IMG/VR virus record: IMGVR_UViG_3300032138_000013
Coordinates: 561 to 64,560 of that record
Direction: 5' to 3' (one strand)
Source of the DNA: a virus
Lineage: Duplodnaviria; Caudoviricetes
Length of the DNA: 64,000 nucleotides
Shown here: positions 56,822-64,000 of the stretch, piece after piece
Layout: every line of letters starts with the position of its first letter
Numbering within the stretch: the first letter of the stretch is position 1
The notes under the pieces: model-generated
Databases searched by the model: none
The model's input: the letters and a program-made list of their open reading frames with translations, nothing else
Told to the model about the DNA's origin: nothing
Translations under genes and position numbers: made by a program

Positions 56822-57784
56822 ATGAAACGACTATTAGTAATAGACGGCTTAAATCTGCTGTTCAGAAATTATATTGTAAATCCGAGCTTGTCAACCAACG
56901 GGCAGCCAATCGGCGGTCTTAAGGGCTTTCTCCAATCCGTCCAAAAGCTTGTCCGCGAGACATGTCCAGATGAAGTTGTTATTTGTTGGGATGGCGAAGG
57001 TGGTTCACAAAGGCGCAAATCAAAAAATAAAGGCTATAAAGAAGGTAGAAAACCAATTCGCCTAAATCGGGACATTCGCAACCTTTCAGAGAATGAAGAG
57101 GTCGCAAATAAGATTTGGCAACAAACACGCCTTGTAGAATATCTAAATGAACTGCCAATGATTCAGCTTATGTTGCCAGCAGTAGAAGCCGACGATATTA
57201 TTAGTGTAGTTGTGCAACATCCGGTTTATAAAGGCTGGCAAAAAGTAATTGTTTCCTCGGATAAAGATTTCTTTCAATTATGCGATGGGGAAACGCTTGT
57301 CTTGCGACCAATTCAAAAACAAATTATAAGCGAGAAAACTCTTATAGAAGAATATGGCATTCATCCTAAAAACTTTGCTCTTGCAAGGGCAGTTGTGGGT
57401 GATAAATCAGATAATCTTCCAGGCGTCGGCGGTATTGGGCTTCCGACCATTAAAAAGAGGTTTCCTTTTTTAAGCGAGGACAAAGGCTACGACATTGAAA
57501 GTATAGTTTCTTACTGCGAGAATCAGGAAAGTAAAATAAAAGCTTTCTCAAACATTTTAGAAAAACAAAATATTATTGAAGAGAATTATCAACTCATGCA
57601 GCTTTATGTTCCCTCTCTGAGTGTCCAAGGTAAAAAGAAGATTAATTTTGCTCTTGAAAACTTTGAGCCAGAGTTTGCAAAAACCAATATTAAGACAATG
57701 ATGATTGAAGATGGCTTTGGTGTTATTAATTTTGTTGATTTGTTTGCCACAATGAATAAGATAGTTGCTGATTCTAAGTTATAA
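56822..57784 (+). CDS. rnh: 5'-3' exonuclease / T4 RNase H-like flap nuclease
   Basis: LVIDG, WDG, YKEGR, EADD, SSDKDF, GDKSDNLPGVGGIG. Confidence 0.9.
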   Translation: MKRLLVIDGLNLLFRNYIVNPSLSTNGQPIGGLKGFLQSVQKLVRETCPDEVVICWDGEGGSQRRKSKNKGYKEGRKPIRLNRDIRNLSENEEVANKIWQQTRLVEYLNELPMIQLMLPAVEADDIISVVVQHPVYKGWQKVIVSSDKDFFQLCDGETLVLRPIQKQIISEKTLIEEYGIHPKNFALARAVVGDKSDNLPGVGGIGLPTIKKRFPFLSEDKGYDIESIVSYCENQESKIKAFSNILEKQNIIEENYQLMQLYVPSLSVQGKKKINFALENFEPEFAKTNIKTMMIEDGFGVINFVDLFATMNKIVADSKL

Positions 57785-57797
57785 AACTATTTATAAT

Positions 57798-58646
57798 ATG
57801 CGATTATTTAAAAACTGGGCAAAAACATTTGGACAGACAACATCTGAGTCTCCAAACTCCGAAATGCTCATCGGAAATTTTAATAAATATTTAAAAGAAC
57901 AAACTGATCCTGAATCTGTAGATCTTTCAAGCTTTGAGGTTCACGATGAGTTGGACCAAGATTTTTGGAATCAGAAAGGTGACAAATTAGACCCAATAAT
58001 CCGTGAAAAGCTTTTAGTTATTGCTAATGACTTTTGGAGTTCCCTTGAGGTTGGTGATGCTGAATATCAAGATATCACTTTTACAGGCTCCTTGGCGGCA
58101 TATAACTATTCTCGTTTTTCGGATGTAGATCTACACATCCTTGTAGACTTCAAGGATGTTGATGATAAGATTGAATTGGTTCGCGAATATTTTAACGCAA
58201 TGAAGTCTATATGGAACCGACTTCACGATATTATTATCAAGGGCTATGAAGTTGAAATTTATGTTCAGGATATAAACGATCCTCACGAAGCACAGGGGCT
58301 TTATTCTGTCCTAAATAACGAATGGATTAAAAAGCCCACTTTTGAGCAGAAAGACTTTGACAAAGACAATATTAAAAAGAAAGCCGCCTCGCTTATGGAC
58401 CAAATAGATCGCTTAGACGGCATCATTAATGATGGCAAGTATGAAGAGGCTGAAAAATACGCCGCTAAGATAAAACAAAAAATCCAGAAAATGAGAAAGA
58501 CAGGGTTAGAAACAATCGGTGCATATTCTGTCGAAAACCTCGCATTTAAAGTTTTGAGACGAAATGATTACCTTGAGAAGTTATCAAACGCTAAGCGAAA
58601 AGCTTACGATAAAATGTTGTCATTGAAAGAACAGCGATCTCAATAA
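57798..58646 (+). CDS. Pol-beta superfamily nucleotidyltransferase
   Basis: ITFTGSLAAYNYSRFSDVDLHILVD (GS...DxD) and YEVEIYVQD third-acid strand. Confidence 0.75.
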   Translation: MRLFKNWAKTFGQTTSESPNSEMLIGNFNKYLKEQTDPESVDLSSFEVHDELDQDFWNQKGDKLDPIIREKLLVIANDFWSSLEVGDAEYQDITFTGSLAAYNYSRFSDVDLHILVDFKDVDDKIELVREYFNAMKSIWNRLHDIIIKGYEVEIYVQDINDPHEAQGLYSVLNNEWIKKPTFEQKDFDKDNIKKKAASLMDQIDRLDGIINDGKYEEAEKYAAKIKQKIQKMRKTGLETIGAYSVENLAFKVLRRNDYLEKLSNAKRKAYDKMLSLKEQRSQ

Positions 58647-58815
58647 CATACGTTTTGCCTTAAATAAAGTCCAAAAATAGATTGGATTTTTTAAATCAAG
58701 TTTCCTATATACGAATGGATGGGAATAAAATCTATTGATTCACTCTTGTAGTGGATCTTTAAGTGTATATCCTCGTCTACATAATATACTATCAATATAG
58801 GAGATATAAATAATT

Positions 58816-60123
58816 ATGGCTATTACTTCATGTAACGCCCTCATGGGCAAACATATCAGCATGAGGCTCGAACACAATTCGGGCTCGCTCTTGTCTGGTC
58901 AATTAAAAGTTCAAGACGCTCCAGCGCTTGGCTTCTGGGCTGCTTCTGGCTCTCTAGACGCTGCTCTCGCTGGCACCGTTACCGCTATCGGAGCCCTTTC
59001 TGGAAACCTTGTTTCTGAAGTTTCCGTCGCTTTGGCAGGTCGCTCTGCGATTCAGTCTGACGTTGACGCTAACCAAGTTATCACAGATGCTGTGAAAACT
59101 TCCTTGGGTGGACTCGTAAACGGTTCTGGTGTTTACCAAGCTTTCTCTGGAAAAAACTACATCAACGGAAACGCTAGTCTTCACGCCGATCTTATCGATC
59201 TTGATGCACAAGCTAAAGCTAATGCTGATGCTGTCGCTGCTACTCAAGCCGATGTTAACGCTAACGAAGTTGTTACAGACGCTGCAATGACCGCCATGGG
59301 TGGAATTCTCAACGGTTCTGGTGTTTACCAAGCTTTCTCTGGAAAGAACTACATCAACAGTAACGCTTCTGTTCACGCTGATCTTGTCGATCTTGATGCT
59401 GCTATTAAGGTTCAAGAACTTGCTATCGTTAGTCGCGAAGCTGCAATTTCTGCTTCTTACATCGCACAAATCAGTGCTACCAGAGCTTCCACTATTGCTG
59501 AGATTTTGGACGGAGCGCCTGGTGCTCTTGACACTCTCAACGAGTTAGCTGCTGCTCTCGGTGATGATGCTAGCTATGCTACCACTGTCACAAACGCTCT
59601 TGCTGCAAAGCAAACTGAGATTGACGCTTTAGAGACTTCTCTTGGTGGACTTGTAAACGCTTCTGGTGTTTACCAAGCTTTCTCTGGAAAGAACTACATC
59701 AACGGCAACGCTTCTGTTCACGCCGATCTTATCGATCTTGATGCACAAGCCAAAGCTAATGCTGATGCTATCGCCGCTACTCAAGCCGATGTTAACGCTA
59801 ACGAAGTTGTCACAGACGCTGCAATGAGCGCCTTGGGCGGAATTGTTAACGGTTCTGGTGTTTACCAAGCTTTCTCAGGCACAAACTACCTCGACGGCAA
59901 CGCTAGTCTTTCTGTCGATATGACCGATCTTGATTCCAAGATCAAAGAGAAAGCAGACGGACTTGCTACTCTTGAAGGACACCTTGATAACTCAAATGGT
60001 TTCCGCGTGACCTCCGCAGCCGGTAACTACCGCATTTCTTGGGGTACCAACAAACCACAAATGACCATGACGCTCAATGCTGATGGCTCTACTGTTGACG
60101 TTTGTTTCGATAGAGGTGCTTGA
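58816..60123 (+). CDS. Coiled-coil fibre protein with internal duplication
   Basis: Four GxxNGSGVYQAFSGxNY..NAS..DL.DLD units; APGALDTLNELAAALGDD phage-fibre motif; codon bias like the capsid gene. Confidence 0.7.
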   Translation: MAITSCNALMGKHISMRLEHNSGSLLSGQLKVQDAPALGFWAASGSLDAALAGTVTAIGALSGNLVSEVSVALAGRSAIQSDVDANQVITDAVKTSLGGLVNGSGVYQAFSGKNYINGNASLHADLIDLDAQAKANADAVAATQADVNANEVVTDAAMTAMGGILNGSGVYQAFSGKNYINSNASVHADLVDLDAAIKVQELAIVSREAAISASYIAQISATRASTIAEILDGAPGALDTLNELAAALGDDASYATTVTNALAAKQTEIDALETSLGGLVNASGVYQAFSGKNYINGNASVHADLIDLDAQAKANADAIAATQADVNANEVVTDAAMSALGGIVNGSGVYQAFSGTNYLDGNASLSVDMTDLDSKIKEKADGLATLEGHLDNSNGFRVTSAAGNYRISWGTNKPQMTMTLNADGSTVDVCFDRGA

Positions 60124-60164
60124 TTAATTAATTAATCTAAACCCGGTATTTAATACCAACTCTT

Positions 60165-60200
60165 GGGGGGGTGGGCAACCACTCCTCCATTTTCTTTTTC
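60165..60200 (+). terminator. Intrinsic terminator
   Basis: GGGGGGGTGG-GCAA-CCACTCCTCC then ATTTTCTTTTT. Confidence 0.8.
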
Positions 60201-60295
60201 ATTATCATAAATAAAATACTATTTATTGATATGGGATTTATATTAAGAATAATTCCTATTTTAAATTAAAAAAACATATGAAATGGAGTTATAAT

Positions 60296-60691
60296 ATGGA
60301 AGAGAGAAAAGATATAAGATTTTCTGTTCGAAAGTCTGACAGGAAAAAGATGATTCAAAGTTTTCTTGCAATGGCTGTTGGGAACTTTGAAGAGGCAGCA
60401 AGGGAGGCAGTTGTGGAAACAAGTAAATCAATTCTTGAAAATGAGCCTAAGATCGCAATGAAAAGTATTGAGGGATATTTAGACACCATTTCAGAATATC
60501 AACAAGCTTTGGAAGATATTTATAAACTTGTTGAAGAGCATATGTTTCTTGACTCGAAAAAAACTCATTTAAATTTTAAAGCAGGTGAAAAAATGAAGAT
60601 GACAGAGTTCAATGAAGCTATAAATGAGCAAACTGCAAAAGATAACGAAGAGAAAGAAAAGATTAAACAAAGAATAGAACAGGAAGGATAA
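60296..60691 (+). CDS. Hypothetical protein
   Basis: GGAG Shine-Dalgarno before ATG at 60296; late-type motif at 60218. Confidence 0.6.
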   Translation: MEERKDIRFSVRKSDRKKMIQSFLAMAVGNFEEAAREAVVETSKSILENEPKIAMKSIEGYLDTISEYQQALEDIYKLVEEHMFLDSKKTHLNFKAGEKMKMTEFNEAINEQTAKDNEEKEKIKQRIEQEG

Positions 60692-61125
60692 TGTCAACAT
60701 TTAACTCATATCAGTCAGGACTACACAATGTTGGCTCATTCCAAGTTAGCTCTATACCATGGGCAAGCGCCTCTATCGCGGTTGCTCCTCTTACTGAACC
60801 ACCCACAGCTTCAGTTACTGCCCTTGGACCAGTGACCGAAATTGAATTTTGGAAAGTTTCAAAATTCATAATTGTTAAAAACGAAATTGCTGTTGATGAT
60901 ATACCAAAGCCGATACGTCTTGGGTTTTCAGTTCTTGGCGTAAAAGAAGACAACTATATTCTCCTCGAAAATGATGAAAGCTTTTCAGCAGATTACAAAA
61001 TAACTCGCCTGTACTTAATGGCGAACCAAACAGCCTCAACCAGCGCGTCAGTTTATGCTGGATTGACAGGCATACCAGAGGGGCGATTGACCCACAATTG
61101 GTCCGGCTCAGCAGGTGTTGGATAA
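60691..61125 (+). CDS. Small putative virion protein, paralog of 24425..24859
   Basis: Shared N-terminal GLxNVGSxQV...PW and C-terminal A.LT.I..GR. Confidence 0.6.
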   Translation: MSTFNSYQSGLHNVGSFQVSSIPWASASIAVAPLTEPPTASVTALGPVTEIEFWKVSKFIIVKNEIAVDDIPKPIRLGFSVLGVKEDNYILLENDESFSADYKITRLYLMANQTASTSASVYAGLTGIPEGRLTHNWSGSAGVG

Positions 61126-61926
61126 ATGGGGTCAATTGGTGGTAAATTTCCCAGAGGATATCTACGCAAATTAAGTAGTGACTTTGAGGAAACCAAACAG
61201 GCTGCGATTACTGCCTCTATGGAAGATGCCAAATCAAAGTTGGATGTGATGTCCGCCTCTTTTGGAGCAGAATTTCAGGTTTTTGATGGCAAAATTACAA
61301 ATGTATCCTCCTCATTCAAGACAGAGTTCGATCTTTTTGACACTCAGCTAACAGATGTTTCCTCTTCGTTTAAAACAGAATTTGGCGTTTTCGATCTTAA
61401 GATTACAAATGTTAGTTCTTCCTTCAAGACAGAATTTGAAGGCTTTGACACTCAATTAACAAATGTATCCTCCTCATTCAAGACAGAATTCGATCTTTTT
61501 GATACTCAATTAACAAATGTTAGTTCTTCCTTTAAAACAGAGTTTGAGGGCTTTGACACTCAATTAACAAATGTTAGTTCTTCCTTCAAAACAGAATTTG
61601 AAGGCTTTGACACTCAATTAACAAATGTTAGCTCCTCCTTTAAAACAGAGTTTGAGAGCTTTGATACTAAGATTACAAATGTTTCTTCTTCATTTTCAGG
61701 ATCGATGGCAGAGATAGATAATAAAGTAGAAAATGTCAGCGGCTCTGTTGCCAATGCGACCGGATCGAATGCATCGGGCGACGGTGATTTTGATACCTTG
61801 ACGATCACTTCACCAACTGGTCAAAAATATCAACTTTGTATTGATGATGAGGGCATACCCAGCTTCAAAAAAGTTCTGAATGTGCCTTATTACGGACCAG
61901 ACCCCTGTTTGACTGGTAGCCTTTAA
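61126..61926 (+). CDS. Fibre/stalk protein with 18-aa coiled-coil repeats
   Basis: Eight EFxxFDTQLTNVSSSFKT units; C-terminal ITSPTGQKYQLCIDDEG resembles phage fibre ends. Confidence 0.65.
   Translation: MGSIGGKFPRGYLRKLSSDFEETKQAAITASMEDAKSKLDVMSASFGAEFQVFDGKITNVSSSFKTEFDLFDTQLTDVSSSFKTEFGVFDLKITNVSSSFKTEFEGFDTQLTNVSSSFKTEFDLFDTQLTNVSSSFKTEFEGFDTQLTNVSSSFKTEFEGFDTQLTNVSSSFKTEFESFDTKITNVSSSFSGSMAEIDNKVENVSGSVANATGSNASGDGDFDTLTITSPTGQKYQLCIDDEGIPSFKKVLNVPYYGPDPCLTGSL
61270..61701 (+). repeat. 54-nt tandem repeat, eight copies
   Basis: Units start at 61270, 61324, 61378, 61432, 61486, 61540, 61594 and 61648. Confidence 0.92.
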
Positions 61927-61953
61927 CCAAGATCGGATTATTTAAAAAACTTC

Positions 61954-61982
61954 TTGACTTTTAGTGCAAAGTAAGTTAAATT
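61954..61982 (+). promoter_or_regulatory. sigma70-type promoter for the helicase
   Basis: TTGACT (61954-59), 17 nt, TAAATT (61977-82). Confidence 0.6.
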
Positions 61983-62015
61983 AGATATAACAATAATTAA
62001 ATAACGGATGTATAT

Positions 62016-63380
62016 TTGAATTCCCAAGAGCAAGCTAGCTTTAGCCGTTACGGTAAGACCTTTCAAGAGGGACTTGCCGCTCTAATTCTTGAAGACCGCG
62101 CTTTTTCTGATCAGATTCAGGAAGTGCTTGAAACGGAATATTTTGAACTTAAATATCTACAAGTATTTGTTGATAAAGTATTTGGGTATAAACAAAAATA
62201 TAATGTTCACCCCACTTCAAATATTATTACAACTATTCTCCGCACAGATTTGGAGAGTGAAACTGATGCCCTTAAGAAGCAGACAAGAGACTTCTTTGCC
62301 AGAATCTATAATACTGAAATCAGAGATGCAGAGTTTGTAAAAAACACTTCACTTGATTTTTGTCGCAAGCAAGTGCTTAAATCTGCGATGATTAAGTCTG
62401 TCTCTCTGCTCAAATCTTCTTCTTTTGATGAAATTTCTAAAGTAATTAATGATGCTTTGAAACTGGGTAACGACTCTGACTTTGGATACGATTACATCCA
62501 AGATTTTGAAAAACGCTTTGAGTTAAAGGCGAGAGATCCGATTAGCACTGGCTGGGATGAAGTAGATAAACTTTGTAAAGGCGGAATTGGAAACGGCGAG
62601 TTAGGGGTTGTGATTGCTCCAACGGGAGCCGGTAAATCAATGGTTCTTGTGCATTTAGGGACTCAGGCGATGAAAATGGGCAAAACCGTTGTTCACTATA
62701 CTTTGGAACTTCAGGACACCAGTATTGGTATACGATATGATAGCTGCCTCACTGGAGTGCCGCTTTCGGAACTACATTCTATGAAAGAGATGATATATGA
62801 AAGCGTTCAAGATGTAGAGGGAAGACTAATTATTAAAGAATACCCTACAAAGTCTGCTTCTCCGCAAACGCTGAAAAATCATCTTGAAAAACTAAAACAA
62901 AAAGATATAAAAGTTGACATAATTCTGATAGACTATGGAGACTTGTTAAAGCCGACAGTAGTTACGAGAGAAAAGAGACACGATTTGGAATCTATTTATG
63001 AAGAGTTGCGAGCAATCGCACAAGAAAACAAATGCCCAGTTTGGACCGCTTCTCAAACTAACCGATCAGGATTAAATGCCGAGGTTGTGACTTTGGAGGC
63101 AATCTCCGAGGCATACAGCAAGTGTTTTGTTGCTGATTTTATTTGCTCAGTATCCAGAACAATTGACGATAAAAACAATAATACAGGGCGGCTCTTTGTT
63201 GCCAAAAATAGATTCGGTCCAGATGGACTTGTTTATCCAGCCAAAATGGACTTAAGCAGAGTTAAGATTGAGGTACTTCCATCTACGGGTGAGACAATTG
63301 GCGAAATTCAGGTGAATGCCGCCAAAGAACAGTCCGAAAAATTAAAAGAGAAATATAAGAGATTTAAGGACGGGAAATAA
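62016..63380 (+). CDS. dnaB: Replicative DNA helicase (DnaB/T4 gp41-like)
   Basis: APTGAGKS Walker A; HYTLE; IDYGD; WTASQTNR; AKNRFG; TTG start. Confidence 0.9.
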   Translation: MNSQEQASFSRYGKTFQEGLAALILEDRAFSDQIQEVLETEYFELKYLQVFVDKVFGYKQKYNVHPTSNIITTILRTDLESETDALKKQTRDFFARIYNTEIRDAEFVKNTSLDFCRKQVLKSAMIKSVSLLKSSSFDEISKVINDALKLGNDSDFGYDYIQDFEKRFELKARDPISTGWDEVDKLCKGGIGNGELGVVIAPTGAGKSMVLVHLGTQAMKMGKTVVHYTLELQDTSIGIRYDSCLTGVPLSELHSMKEMIYESVQDVEGRLIIKEYPTKSASPQTLKNHLEKLKQKDIKVDIILIDYGDLLKPTVVTREKRHDLESIYEELRAIAQENKCPVWTASQTNRSGLNAEVVTLEAISEAYSKCFVADFICSVSRTIDDKNNNTGRLFVAKNRFGPDGLVYPAKMDLSRVKIEVLPSTGETIGEIQVNAAKEQSEKLKEKYKRFKDGK

Positions 63381-63381
63381 A

Positions 63382-64000
63382 TTGAGTACTGAGATAAAAG
63401 AATATTTTAATGGAGATGATCTTGCTGCCAATGTTTGGGCAACCAAATATGCGCTAAAAGATAATAATGGCAATTTGGTGGAACAAACACCAGATGATAT
63501 GCACCACCGACTTGCCTCTGAGTTTGCCCGTATGGAGGAAAAGTTTGGAGGTCCAAATTCCCTATCTGAAGAACAAATTTATGAGCTTTTAAAAGATTTT
63601 AAATATATTGTGCCACAGGGCTCTCCTATGATGGGAATTGGGAATAATTATGTAAATGTCTCCTTGTCAAATTGTGTCGTCGTTGCCTCACCTACTGATA
63701 ATATTTCTTCTATTATTGATTCTAGTAAAAATCTCGCAAACCTGTTTAAGCGACGTTGCGGCGTTGGGCTTGATATTAGTGAATTACGCCCCGAAGGCAC
63801 TCCTGTAAACAATTCCGCTGGCACCACCACAGGTGCTTGGAGCTTTGCTGATCTTTATTCATATGTTTGTCGCATGATTGGTCAAAACGGACGCCGTGGT
63901 GCGCTTATGATTTCCATGGATGTGCGACATCCTGATATTGAAAAATTCGTGACAATGAAGCACGATTTAACCAAAGTTACAGGAGCAAACATTTCAGTTA
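63382..64000 (+). CDS. nrdJ: Ribonucleotide reductase, probably class II (B12-dependent); runs off the window end, missed by the ORF track
   Basis: TTG start; LAANVWATKYALKD; IVPQGSPM; SLSNCVV; GVGLDISELRP; GQNGRRGALMISM..HPDIEKF. Confidence 0.8.
   Translation, partial: MSTEIKEYFNGDDLAANVWATKYALKDNNGNLVEQTPDDMHHRLASEFARMEEKFGGPNSLSEEQIYELLKDFKYIVPQGSPMMGIGNNYVNVSLSNCVVVASPTDNISSIIDSSKNLANLFKRRCGVGLDISELRPEGTPVNNSAGTTTGAWSFADLYSYVCRMIGQNGRRGALMISMDVRHPDIEKFVTMKHDLTKVTGANISV

Noticed and set aside
60122-60137. Perfect 16-bp palindrome GATTAATTAATTAATC
   Set aside because: It is a low-complexity (TAAT)n run at a gene end in AT-rich DNA, with no second copy found.
1-64000. Stop-codon reassignment, tRNA genes, integrase or mobile introns
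   Set aside because: Core genes are intact in the standard code with TAA, TAG and TGA all used as stops; I saw no cloverleaf, recombinase, intron or intein by eye.

Overview
A 64 kb segment of a large T4-like contractile-tailed phage (myovirus), with essentially all genes on the + strand and intact in the standard genetic code. In order it carries: a block of uncharacterised virion-type genes with a J-domain gene inserted (1-11 kb); RuvC, primase and a fused Mre11/Rad50 (gp47-gp46); a holin/spanin-like membrane cassette; terminase, portal and prohead protease; ribosomal protein bS21; three tandem paralogous ~800-aa fibre-like repeat proteins; scaffold and major capsid protein; neck, sheath, tube, tail chaperone with a probable +1 frameshift, tape measure and baseplate; then a replication block with a short family-A DNA polymerase, a divergent tubulin/FtsZ-like protein, SSB, RecA, a 5'-3' exonuclease, a Pol-beta-type nucleotidyltransferase, two repeat fibre genes, DnaB helicase and the start of a class II ribonucleotide reductase. 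Two promoter classes are visible: canonical sigma70 promoters before replication genes, and a recurring TTT-N13-ACTA(T/A)TTA motif before structural genes. The most unusual element is the fibre trio. Each protein has the same 14-residue motif at both its N- and C-terminus, shuffled 29-aa repeat units, near-identical DNA blocks and a different C-terminal tip. All product calls come from motifs read by eye; no database search was run.
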